A DNA stretch of 64,000 nt from Eledone cirrhosa (Eukaryota): contig OZ024740.1 of the NCBI GenBank assembly GCA_964016885.1, forward strand, positions 282,968,001 through 283,032,000, in the 5' to 3' direction. Under the pieces are notes generated by a model that saw only the letters and a program-made list of their open reading frames with translations, was not told the origin of the DNA and ran no database searches. Shown here one piece after another: positions 41,108 through 53,214 of the stretch. A program made the position numbers and the translations under genes. The first letter of the stretch is position 1. The number at the start of each line of letters is the position of its first letter.

Positions 41108-41110
<3 letters not shown>
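38603..41110 (+). mobile_element. RTE-clade LINE, 5'-truncated in APE; APE C-half + RT + C-terminus with two frameshifts
   Basis: GDFNAH, IDFIL, SDHRLV (APE). NYRGISL, QNGFREGRST, DFRKAFDSV, GVLQGDTLAPYLF, FADD, YLG, SVLLYGSETW, RRLRLAGH, GRGRP. Ends in (TA)n. Confidence 0.95.
39241..40809 (+). pseudogene. Reverse transcriptase domain ORF of the RTE LINE (522 aa uninterrupted)
   Basis: ORF track. Full RT motif set, frameshifted on both sides. Confidence 0.9.
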
Positions 41111-41156
<46 letters not shown>

Positions 41157-41471
41157 CTTAAGAACATTAACAAAGAGTGGACCAGGGAACGAACAGAAAC
41201 AAAACAAAACGACAAACAACTTTTAAAGGGAAACCTAAAAAAAATGGGTTTTTTAAAACTAAAAATATGAACGAAAGCCGTGGAGAAGAACTTAGGCTGT
41301 TTAGACCTCTTCCTGCTGATTCATCCGTCGTCACAGCGTCTGCAATAAGTCAAACGCTGTCCAGTGGAGCAAGAGACAAGAGACAAAACTTTAATTCATA
41401 GAAATGGAGCTAGAAAACACAAAGACTCTTTTGCGACATCATGGAAAAAGTGTGGTGCCTCAAAGCACGAT

Positions 41472-41502
<31 letters not shown>

Positions 41503-41825
41503 TATATATATGTAATCTGAGTTTTTCGAATATTAATAACAACATTCGAATCGTTTGTAATTATGCAAACAAGCCTCAATTTGATAGCCATGTCAGTAGA
41601 ACCATTATAGCCATTCAGCCATGTAGAGAGAACTTTTCTTTTATATATATATATATATATAAGTTGAAAAAAAATGAAAACGAAATTTCATTTCTCACTC
41701 TTAGTATGGCACTTAGTATGCCTGACCGATTTAACTCACTCAATATGCAAATTAGGCTGCTCAGCCGTAAATTTTCATAAGGAAAGTATATACTTTCGAA
41801 CGTTCAACTATCTGGCAGATGGGTA

Positions 41826-41870
41826 AACGGTGCTGATGATAGCTAACAAGCTTGAAACTAGTACATCGTT
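41826..41870 (+). ncRNA. Minimal type I hammerhead, family A
   Basis: aacggtg-CTGATGA-tagctaacaagctt-GAAAC-ta-GTA-catcgtt. Predicted cleavage after 41863. Confidence 0.88.
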
Positions 41871-42290
41871 CCTGTGTCAGTGTTGAACAAAAAGGTGACG
41901 TGGTTGCCTTAACACCGTATGGCATAAATTCAGGCTGTTCGCTTTGTTGACAAACAAACGAACAAAGCGACCGGCGTTATAATAAACGTCGACTAAACTG
42001 ATGCGTGCATATATGTATGTGTACCTGTATGCATATGTGTATATATATATATGCATGCTACTGTACGTCTGTATACATATATGTATGTACGTATACATAC
42101 ATACTTACATTTAAGTAAGTGCCATACTAAGAGTGAGAAATGAAATTTCGTTTTCATTTTTTTTCAACTTATCGTTTTCGGTATGCCTGACCGATTTAAC
42201 TCACTCAATATGCAAATTAGGCTGCTCAGCCGTTAATTTTCATAAGGAAAGTATATACTTTCGAACGTTCAACTATCTGGCAGATGGGTA

Positions 42291-42335
42291 AACGGTGCTG
42301 ATGATAGCTAACAAGCTTGAAACTAGTACATCGTT
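42291..42335 (+). ncRNA. Minimal type I hammerhead, family A
   Basis: Identical to 41826-41870. Predicted cleavage after 42328. Confidence 0.88.
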
Positions 42336-42506
42336 CCTGTGTCAGTGTTGAACAAAAAGGTGACGTGGTTGCCTTAACACCGTATGGCATAAATTCAGGC
42401 TGTTCGCTTTGTTGACAAACAAACGAACAAAGCGACCGGCGTTATAATAAACGTCGACTAAACTGATGCGTGCATATATGTATGTGTACCTGTATGCATA
42501 TGTGTA

Positions 42507-42582
<76 letters not shown>

Positions 42583-42630
42583 TGCTACTGTACGTCTGTA
42601 TACATATATGTATGTACGTATACATACATA

Positions 42631-42706
<76 letters not shown>

Positions 42707-43104
42707 CATACACATACACGCACACACTCTAAATAGGAGTGTGTGGTCGTGTGTGAGAGATTGCTTCTGAGTGCGTTATTAATAGTGAACAAAGTTTCGC
42801 CAAAATCGAGATCTTTTCAAAACTGTTTGTAATTCGTAAGAAATGTCTCAATCTTTCCTTAATTAACTGTTTTCATTTTAATTTATATTTGTATTTCTTA
42901 CTCAACATAATATAAACACAGTTTTGCATTTCTATATAGCTAGTCAAAACATTGAGTGACTGAAACGGATAAACGCCTCATTACCTACTTTGTAGTATGT
43001 AGTATCGCTCGTCGTCATTTCAATATTTGTCGCTGTTTGTTTTATTTTTCGACGTTCTGCGTTAAATTAAATAAATACAATTGACTGCATTGAATATTAT
43101 TAAT

Positions 43105-43315
43105 TTTTAATTTAGACACAAGGCCAGCAAATTTGCTAGGAGAGCAAAGTTGATTAAACCAGGCCAGTGCTTATCTGGTATATTATTTCTTCGACTTCAG
43201 AAGGATGAAAAGGAGAGTTGTCCTTGGCGAAGTTTCAACACAGTATGTAATAATCAAGAAAAAACTACTGCATATGCATTTTATCCGACGCTCTACCAAA
43301 TCTGCCATTTCACCG
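43105..43315 (-). mobile_element. Degenerate tRNA SINE (main family)
   Basis: acaaggccagca...aaggatgaaaagg...ctgccatttcaccg. Confidence 0.7.
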
Positions 43316-44261
43316 TACTTTGCAATGTATAAATAAATCGAACAATCCAGAGTAGATAAAACGTTCGCTCAGCACTCGAGACATCCCCATTGAAATGGAT
43401 TAGAAGAAAACACAATGGAAGCACTTCGGATGATTTGTACCTATAATTCAAAGTCCCAGACTATTTATGATGGTTCGGTCTGAGAATTATATGAAGATTA
43501 AAATATCTTTAAACAATAGAATGTTCAGTTGCACGAGCAACTGAATATTCATCGTCGAAGCCGACGGAGAATCCATCTTATCATAAGATTTACTTCGTCT
43601 TTCTTCTGTGCTATTTATCAACACATACGTGTTTGTGTTGTTTCATATTTTGTAGTTCTGTTAAAGCAAATTATCAATATATGATCTTCAATCTTTAAAT
43701 GTTAAAGAACTATTTGAATGTATTCCGTTATATTTTGTTTCATTTTTCTCAATTCTATTCTATAATTTCAAGATACCATCATTTGTAACGAACCTTGTGC
43801 CTCATTAATTTGTGATACAAATTTGTAATTTATTTCATTACAAATCTAACTGCGAACATCGGAATGTAAAACGTTTTACATACAGTAACATTCATGATGA
43901 CTATAGTGCACGCATGTTATATTTTACACCGAAGGCAGTGTTATCTACAAGTTTGTGACTCCAATTCAACAAGCCACCTCATTTCAAGTTGCCCCATATC
44001 TCTCAGCCAAAAATAAATACCAGCAGCAGCAGTTGATGTTTAGTCCTGTAACAAAGAGGCGTCGCGTCCAGAGAAATATCTTTTAATCCCAGTCACTTCG
44101 TCCAACCGTGCAAGCATGGCAAAATAGACATAAAACGATGACCCCTAGGTCTAACTTTTTTTTACACTACCCTCATGCATATACCTAAATACATCCATAC
44201 AAGTACATGCTACATGCAACATTACATAGCACAGGTGCACTACTCACAAATTTATATATAT

Positions 44262-44397
44262 ACTAGACCAACTGTGACCCGTTGGGTCACGTTCACGTCA
44301 AAATATTTTTTAAAAATTATGTTCACTTAAAAATGATTTTTAAATAATTGAAATGTACACAGACATGTATATATTGTGAAATGAAACTGGAAGGCCC

Positions 44398-44483
<86 letters not shown>

Positions 44484-44612
44484 ATGTATATATATCAATG
44501 TGTGTGTTTGTATATACATAGATAGATATATATGTGTGTGTATGTATATGTGGGTGCATGTGATCTATATACACTGTCAAGACATGCACACAGATACACA
44601 CACACACGCACT

Positions 44613-44694
<82 letters not shown>

Positions 44695-45122
44695 ATAATA
44701 ATAATAATAAATTTGAAGACTAAAATCTAAAGAGCGATAGATAAGGATAAATATATATCAAATATATAAGAACCGTAGAGTAAATATTATCTGTTATTTT
44801 AATAAATATATATATATATATATATATACAACAACACCACCAGCTCTTTCCCTCTCTATATGTCTCTCTCTCTCTCAATTTACTCTCTCACGACCACTAT
44901 CTCTTTCTCTCTATCCTCTTCTTTCTCTGTTTATGAAGGTACACAGAAAACCCCCTATCTCGGGAACCCGTGCTTCGGTTTGCGCGAAACTTGTTTAATT
45001 CCATTTGTATTCACATTTCAGAGTCACCTTCTTTCAAAGTATTTCCCATTATCCGCCCTGTTGGCAGTATGACATTACAAACAAGCAAGCAAGCAATCAC
45101 AGACTTTTAGTAATATATAGAT
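44262..45122 (+). mobile_element. Helentron/HINE-like non-autonomous element with internal microsatellites
   Basis: Homologous termini to 29796-31369. Subterminal hairpin gtgacccgttgggtcac. Confidence 0.65.
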
Positions 45123-45140
45123 GCATTTGAGCGTGTGTCT

Positions 45141-45489
<349 letters not shown>

Positions 45490-45507
45490 TATATATATAT
45501 ATATATA

Positions 45508-47075
45508 GGTATGTATGTATGTATGCGTACATACATATATGTATACAGACGTACAGTAGTATGTGTATATATACATACATGCACACATATATATGCACGT
45601 ATCGGTTTACCGAACATTTATTATAATGCTCGGTTTGTTTATTTGTAAACAAACAAACAGCCCGAATTACGCTGTACAGTGTTTAGGCAACCACGTCACC
45701 TTTTTGTTCAACACTGACACAGGAACGATGTACTAGTTTCAAGCTTATTAGCTATGGTCAGCAGCGTATACCTTCCTGCCAGATAGTTGAACGTCTGAAA
45801 GTATATACTTTCCTTATGCATATTAACGTCTGAGCAGCCTAATATGCATATCGAGTGAGTTCAGTGGGCCGGGCACACCGAAAACGATAAATGGAATAGA
45901 ATGAAAGGAAATTTCATTTCTCACTCTTAGTACGGCACTTACTTAAATGTAAGTATGTATGTATGTATACGTACATACATATATGTATACAGACGTACAG
46001 TATAATGTATATATATATACATACATGCACACATATATATATGCACGTATTGGTTTACCGAACATTTATTATAATGCTCGGTTTGTTTGTTTGTAACCAA
46101 ACAGCCAGAATTACGCCGTACAGTGTTTAGGCAACCACGTCACCTTTTTGTTCAATACTGACACAGGAACGATGTACTAGTTTCAAGCTTATTAGCTATC
46201 GTCAGCATCGTATACCTTCCTGCCAGATGGTTGAACGTCTGAAAGTATATACTTTCCTTATGCATATTAACGTCTGAGCAGCCTAATTTGCATATAGAGT
46301 GAGTTCAGTGGGCCGGGCTCACCGAAAACGATAAATGGAATAGAATGAAAGGAAATTTCATTTCTCACTCTTAGTACGGCACTTACTTAAATGTAAGTAT
46401 GTATGTATGTATACGTAGATACATATATGTATACAGACGTACAGTAGTATGTGTATATATACATACATGCACACATATATATGCACGTATCGGTTTACCG
46501 AACATTTATTATAATGCTCGGTTTGTTTGTTTGTAAACAAACAGACAGCCCGAATTACGCCGTACAGTGTTTAGGCAACAACGTCACCTTTTTGTTCAAC
46601 ACTGACACAGGAACGATGTACTAGTTTCAAGCTTATTAGCTATCGCCAGCATCGTATACCTTCCTGCCAGATGGTTGAACGTCTGAAAGTATATACTTTC
46701 CTTATGCATATTAACGGCTAAGCAGCCTAATTTGTATATCGAGTGAGTTCAGTCGGCCGGGCACACCGAAAACGATAAATGGAATAGAATGAAAGGAAAT
46801 TTCATTTCTCACTCTTAGTACGGCACTTACTTAAATGTAAGTATGTATACGTACATACATATATGTATACAGACGTACAGTAGTATGTATATACATACAT
46901 GCACACATATATATATATGCACGTATCAGTTTACCGAACATTTATTATAATGCTCGGTTTGTTTGTTTGTAAACAAACAGTCCGAATTACGCCGTACAGT
47001 GTTTAGGCAACCACGTCACCTTTAAGTAAGTGCCGTACTAAGAGTGAGAAATGAAATTTCGTTTTATTCTATTCC

Positions 47076-47080
<5 letters not shown>
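45508..47080 (-). mobile_element. Retrozyme-like family A tandem array, 444 nt period, ~3.4 units, with terminal inversion 47023-47080
   Basis: Hammerheads at 45725-45767 (core CTGACCA), 46169-46211 (CTGACGA, intact) and 46613-46655 (CTGGCGA). Cleavage-site spacing is 444 and 444. Confidence 0.92.
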
Positions 47081-47166
<86 letters not shown>

Positions 47167-47168
<2 letters not shown>

Positions 47169-47337
47169 AACGAGTAGGACCCGGACGGCGATATGATTTT
47201 AGTCCAGAATTAGCCGTCGAAACGGCTTGAGCTCAGCCGTCGGGGCCCTACTCGTTCCTATTACCCACTCTACTACCCTAAGTATTGAGTACTTTGGTGC
47301 GATATGGTCCATCTGGTTCCTTACCACATTTCCTTCG

Positions 47338-47340
<3 letters not shown>
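47167..47340 (+). repeat. Second copy of the 11039 element with its own short 5' inversion
   Basis: ggaacgagtaggacccggacggc pairs with gccgtcggggccctactcgttcc. The 3' part matches 11130-11223. Confidence 0.8.
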
Positions 47341-47379
<39 letters not shown>

Positions 47380-47883
47380 TCATATACATACCGACAAATA
47401 TGTTCACACATAGTCACAAACATTCAGTTTTGAATTAATTGTGCACAACACCGACCCAACACCAGATGTTTATCCACAGCTACTTGAGTTACTACAATAT
47501 TCAGTGCGTTCGTCATACAATTATGAATGAATATATTAGGAATATATTATTACAAATTCTAGTATCAGGTCAATAGTTCAAATATAGTGTATTTCTATGT
47601 TTTCCTTATTTAGTCATTCCCTATCCTTGTTATCTAGACGAACTATGATGTTTTGGTTAAGGATTTCCCTGAAGAGTTATGAAGTTTTGTGTTCTGTCCT
47701 GATGCCTGGATCTTGAGAATTTGTCTTCTACTAAAGCTTCGGGTCAAATCAAGGCTTATGACTGAATTGGATATACGGAAACAGTTTAGGTTCGGCTTTG
47801 ACGCATATTGCAGACCTGCCAACCTCTAAAAGCAAAACCATGAAAAACGACTGCCCCCAAAACGTGGAGAAATGAAGCGAAAT

Positions 47884-48023
47884 GAGGAGATTTTAGATAA
47901 TTGTTTCTACTTTTGGCACAAGGCCAGCAATTACCCAGTGTATTACTGGTACTTTATTTTATCGACCCCGTAAGGATGAAAGTATAATAAAGTACCAGTA
48001 ATACAGAGGAGATTTTAGATAAT
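47884..48023 (-). mobile_element. 5'-truncated SINE with inverted 5' patch and 18 bp TSD
   Basis: gaggagattttagataat at 47884-47901 and 48006-48023. ataaagtaccagtaatac (~47987-48004) inverts an internal segment. Confidence 0.85.
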
Positions 48024-49570
48024 GAAAGCTATACCCATTTTCACAAAAGAAGACATCTCTCACATACCCCAAAATGGATCGGTGTCTTCGCGTCAGACGG
48101 GGAGAGTTGATATTGTGTCACGTTGAATATCCCATTAAAGTACCTTAAGATTACATGGGTTTGTGGAATAATCCGTCGTTTATAAGTTAATTTAAAGAAT
48201 AGTACGTGGCGTTGGTCGAAGAACTGGAACAATCACCATTGAAACCGATGGACAGCCATTTATTATTACTTTATCTCTCATGATATATATTAAACATATT
48301 GAAATAAACAATAATATTTTCATTTCCTTGTTAGTTTTCCATCTCTCTCGAGTATTTGAGAGAATGTCTATTTTATAGACATATGCTCCAGTTCAACACT
48401 AAATAAATTCTCTTTGTTTATTTTGTTTTGTCTTTTTATTATTACATCAGCAGAAAAACACTCTATCTACATCCATCTACTTAACTACTAACTACTAAAT
48501 AAATCAGCTGAAGCTAGAACTAATTTTGCTGCTTTGATCATTAGCGTGCTAGTGTTAGACATGTCTGAGTGGTTAAGAAATTATTTTTGCAACTATGAGT
48601 TCCTTGGTTCATTTCTATTGCATGGTATATTGGATAAGTTTGCTTTCTGTACCAAGCTTAGTGAGACAAAGTTGATAGATAGAAACTGTCTGAAAGCTTA
48701 GCGGATGAATTCGACATGTAATTCAGAAGTTAAGCATTGTCATATATTGTGGCATATACATTCCACCTGAGAATTTGTAAAGGGTACACGTGTCTGTGAA
48801 ATATTCAGACACTTACGTTTTAATTCATGACTCAGACATTCAAGTGGTTGAACGAATGACTACCTATCGTCGAAACTGACGTAGGATCAATGATATCATC
48901 ATCATTAGTATTGTTAATAGATTGTAGCTAGGGGTGAAATTTGACAAAAAGGATTAAGTGTTAGAGAAGGACTGACATAATTATTCGATTAGGACATCCG
49001 GCAATTAGATCAGTTGGGGTTATTTTATTAATTGTTTTAGCTTTGGTACAAGCCCAGAAATTTGAATGGAGAGGCAAAGTCAATTAAATCGATTCTAGTG
49101 CGTTACTGGTGCGTTACTTTATCAACCCCGTAAGGATGAAAGGCAAAGCTAACCTCGGCGAAATTTGAACGTAAAGGGACGTTGCTATATGCCACAAAGT
49201 ATGTTGTCTGTTATTATAATAATTATATGAAGGAGAGAACGAGACTGACAACTGAACGTGGAGCACATGCATTACAAGGGGACACTTTGAATATTTTGAA
49301 GAAGCACTGTTTCTAAATTTTACATTAATCATTTTAAAATCACACACTTTTTTTATACTAAGTGTGGCATCAGACATGTTGAGATGTTGTGAAATATGGA
49401 GATACATACACAGAGACATATATATATATATATATGATTACCGACACGCCCGGGGAAAAACAAAAACAAAAAAAAAAAGAACTTTGACTGTCTGCCCATA
49501 AATGGATTATACCCCTTGATAAGTTCAGCTAGATTCCCGCCGTTCGAATACTTGATATACATATATATGA

Positions 49571-49991
49571 AATAATTGTTTCTACTTTAGGCACAAGGCC
49601 AGCAATAACACCAGTTCATTACTGGTACTTTATTTTATCGACCCCGTAAGGATGAAAGGCAAAGTCAACCTCGGCGGGATTTGAACTCAGATCGTAAAGG
49701 GACATAACTATGCTGGAAAGCATGGCGTCCGACCCTCTACCAATACTGCCAATCCACCACCCTATATATCAAATAATGGTAGTTGAGATGGGATAAAAGG
49801 CGGTGGAATGGCAGTATCGGTAGAAGGTCGGACGCCATGATTTGAAGCATAGAGTTACCTCCCTGTATGATCTGAATTCAAATACCACCGAGGTTAACTT
49901 TGACTTTCATCCTGACGGGGTCGATAAAATAAAGTACCAGTAATGCACTGGGTAAATTGCTGGCCTTGTGCCCAAAGTAGAAACAATTATT
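49571..49991. mobile_element. Head-to-head inverted SINE pair (49571-49762 minus; 49798-49991 plus)
   Basis: Both carry A/B boxes and the shared central domain, ~35 bp apart. Confidence 0.9.
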
Positions 49992-50179
49992 TGATAAATG
50001 AATATTCCGTCACTCATTATCACCTTCCGGGGATAAGCTACTGACGTGAAGTGCTTTGAATCACGAGGACCAGCTTATCCTCGGGAAGTTACAACGTAAC
50101 AAATAAGATAAACAACACTCTTGTGTAATATATATATATATATACAGTGTAGCCACCCCATTCGCTGTCCCGGTTATTC

Positions 50180-50786
50180 ATGGTATTGTGTTGGCATGTA
50201 AACAGAACTGCAGACATAAATGTTTTTGGGGTGATTGATCTTCATCACTACAGTATACTGTTTACCTGCAAACTGTCAGAGGTAGTGAAAATATATATTC
50301 GACTTGATTCGCATATTAGCAGACTGCCTGATCAGTCAGATCACATATTAGCGGACCCGCTGATCAGCCAGATTTGCATATCAACGGATAGGCCAGTCAG
50401 TCTCATGTATAGGAGCAATTAATGGCCGGCTTTGCCATATTCAATAACTAATATAAGTTTATCGCTCTACATGGCTGAATACAATAAATGTAATCTGAGT
50501 TTTTCGAATCACGCAGAACCATTAGTGTCTGCAGTTCTGTTTATATGCCAACACAAGAGCAAGACTGACGGAGTGACTCTACTGACATGCCTTTAATAAG
50601 GCTCTTTGCATAATTGCAAACGAATCGAACTAAATTTGCCTTTCATCCTTATGGGGTCGATAAAATAAAGTACCAGTAATACACTGATTTAATTGCTGGC
50701 CTTGTGCCAAAAGTAGAAACAGTTATTAATATTAAAAAAACTCAGATTACATTTATTGTATTCCGCCATGTAGAGCGATAAACTTC

Positions 50787-50790
<4 letters not shown>
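50180..50790. repeat. Nested inverted repeats around a SINE fragment; relative at 41510-41640
   Basis: ~50186-50218 pairs with ~50525-50556. 50455-50505 pairs with 50735-50784. Confidence 0.7.
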
Positions 50791-50840
<50 letters not shown>

Positions 50841-51014
50841 CGTCCCTTCACGCACAAGGCGCCAAGGTACGCATGTATTGTCCAACCAAGTGTCAATGTG
50901 GTTCAATGGCGGGTTAATAAATTAACGAGCCAGAACAAATATAAACAAGGTTTAGTAAATAATGAAAAAGTTTCAAAATAAATTTAAAAAAATTGACTTT
51001 ACCTACTATAGTTA

Positions 51015-51096
51015 CCTTTACCGATCGGTTTCGAATCCCAAAAATAAAACGGAGACCATACGGCCCTCGTTGCAAAGAAAGATTCTCGTCAGAAGG
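51015..51096 (-). ncRNA. Type I hammerhead, family B
   Basis: cctt-CTGACGA-gaatc...gattc-GAAAC-cgatcg-GTA-aagg. Confidence 0.88.
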
Positions 51097-51878
51097 TTCT
51101 TTTCATTCAAAGAATATAAAATTCCTGAATTTAAATCACAAACTAGCGCTATCAAAAACTGTTCCTGGGATGAGAGTGGATGATGTAGAACAGGTTTATC
51201 AAGGGCCGTAGCAAAGATAGAGGCAAAAGGAGGTAGGTCAAACTAGCCACCGCTATTGCTAGCAGCAGTCGGAATGACCCGGTTTGTTCTCAACGTTAGT
51301 GGAGGTAGTAGTAATATGAAATACGTCCCTTCACACACAAGGCGCCAAGGTACGCATGTATTGTCCAACCAAGTGCCAATGTGGTTCAATGGCGGGATAA
51401 TAAATTAACGAGCCAGAACAAATATGGGCCGTATGTTCTCCGTTTTATTTTTGGGATTCGAAACCGATCGGTAAAGGTAACTATATTAGGTAAAGTCAAT
51501 TTTTTAAAATTTATTTTGAAACTTTTTCATTATTTACTAAACCTTGTTTATATTTGTTCTGGCTCGTTAATTTATTAACCCGCCATTGAACCACATTGGC
51601 ACTTGGTTGGACAATACATGCGTACCTTGGCGCCTTGTGCGTGAAGGGACGTATTTCATATTACTACTACCTCCACTAACGTTGAGAACAAACCGGGTCA
51701 TTCCGACTGCTGCTAGCAATAGCGGTGGCTAGTTTGACCTACCTCCTTTTGCCTCTATCTTTGCTACGGCCCTTGATAAACCTGTTCTACATCATCCACT
51801 CTCATCCCAGGAACAGTTTTTGATAGCGCTAGTTTGTGATTTAAATTCAGGAATTTTATATTCTTTGAATGAAAAGAA

Positions 51879-51960
51879 CCTTCTGACGAGAATCTTTCTT
51901 TGCAACGAGGGCCGTATGGTCTCCGTTTTATTTTTGGGATTCGAAACCGATCGGTAAAGG
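51879..51960 (+). ncRNA. Type I hammerhead, family B
   Basis: Same motif. A 3' half-copy also lies at ~51427-51478. Confidence 0.88.
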
Positions 51961-52050
51961 TAACTATAGTAGGTAAAGTCAATTTTTTTTAATTTATTTT
52001 GAAACTTTTTCATTATTTACTAAACCTTGTTTATATATATATATATATAT

Positions 52051-52600
52051 AAATGTAAGCATGTATGTATACGTACATACATATATGTATACAGACGTAC
52101 AGTAGCATGCATATATATATATATATATACATATATACATACAGGTACACATACATATATGTACGTATCAGTTTATCGATATGCAAATTGGGCTGCTCAG
52201 CCGTTAATTTTCATAAGGAAAGTATATACTTTCGAACGTTCAACCATCTGGCAGAAGGGTATACGGTGCTGATGATAGCTAACAAGCTTGAAACTAGTAC
52301 ATCGTTCCTGTGTCAGTGTTGAACAAAAAGGTGACGTGGTTGCCTTAACACCGTACGGCATAAATTCAGGCTGTTCAGTTTGTTTACAAACGAACAAAGC
52401 GGGCGTTATAATAAGCGTCTGCTAAACTGATACGTACATATATGTATGTGTACCTGTATGTATATATGTATATATATATATATGCATGCTACTGTACGTC
52501 TGTATACATATATGTATGTACGTATACATACATGCTTACATTTAAGTAAGTGCCGTACTAAGAGTGAGAAATGAAATTTCGTTTTCATTTTATTACAACC
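52051..52600 (+). mobile_element. Retrozyme-like family A copy with 5' inversion; hammerhead at 52263-52305
   Basis: acggtg-CTGATGA-tagctaacaagctt-GAAAC-ta-GTA-catcgt. 52051-52175 inverts ~52423-52544. Confidence 0.88.
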
Positions 52601-52978
52601 TATATATATATATATATATATATCAATAATATTTTCAAAAGTTCAACTCGTGATGGAGGTTTTGTTTCTAACGCTTGTCTTGTTGGACACGCCATGTTAA
52701 AAGAAACAAAACAATCTAATAATAGATCATTGTTACTTGAAAGAACATATGTTTGCTAAACATCTCATACATGCTGTATTTCTATTAGTTTGAAGAGCCA
52801 CGTGTTTGTACACAATGCCCATCAACATGAATCTGCATTGTATTTAACTGAGAACACACGTTTATATAAGTTGTGGTAAGTGTTGCAAATCTTCAGCTTA
52901 GTGAAAACGTCATCTTCGTTTTGTAGCTCATTAGAAAGCACTGATTCTATAATGCATGAATGGAGGTATGCATATATG

Positions 52979-53157
52979 TACGAGGGCAATCCCAAACGTA
53001 AGGTCTCCTTCCGATATTGCAACTTTTCCGTTAAAATCCTGTGGATGGTGCTTCGGGAAACATCAGGAACCAAAATGCATGGAGTATCCAGAGTGATCCG
53101 CCGAACTTTAGGCATGTTTTCCTCGGAAAGAAACCTTGCTTTTGGGATTGCCATCTA
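52979..53157 (-). mobile_element. Internally deleted mariner-like DNA transposon
   Basis: TA-cgagggcaatcccaaacgtaagg ... ccttgcttttgggattgccatc-TA imperfect TIRs. Internal peptide RRITLD...VSRSTIHRILTEKLQYRK resembles a mariner HTH. Confidence 0.75.
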
Positions 53158-53214
53158 TATAATAACTGCGCGAAATTCGCACTTGGCGGTAGTGTTCAAC
53201 GGGAGCTCCATTCT

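Larger units (their letters stand above)
41661..42634 (+). mobile_element. Retrozyme-like family A: ~2 head-to-tail units (465 nt period) with a short 5' inversion
   Basis: Intact hammerheads at 41826-41870 and 42291-42335. 41661-41715 is the reverse complement of 42116-42170. (TA)n on both sides. Confidence 0.9.
50833..52033. mobile_element. Retrozyme-like family B: 483 nt unit; ~1.2 units minus-sense joined to ~1.25 units plus-sense
   Basis: atgaaatacgtccc at 50833 and 51316. Orientation switches at ~51426. (TA)n on both sides. Confidence 0.92.

Noticed and set aside
45508-47080. CRISPR array or simple satellite
   Set aside because: No repeat-spacer structure. The units are full-length near-identical copies with a ribozyme and occur dispersed at four loci.
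50962-52013. Duplicated 72-73 aa ORFs in family B
   Set aside because: No recognisable domain; they overlap the ribozyme antisense and are duplicated only through the inversion.
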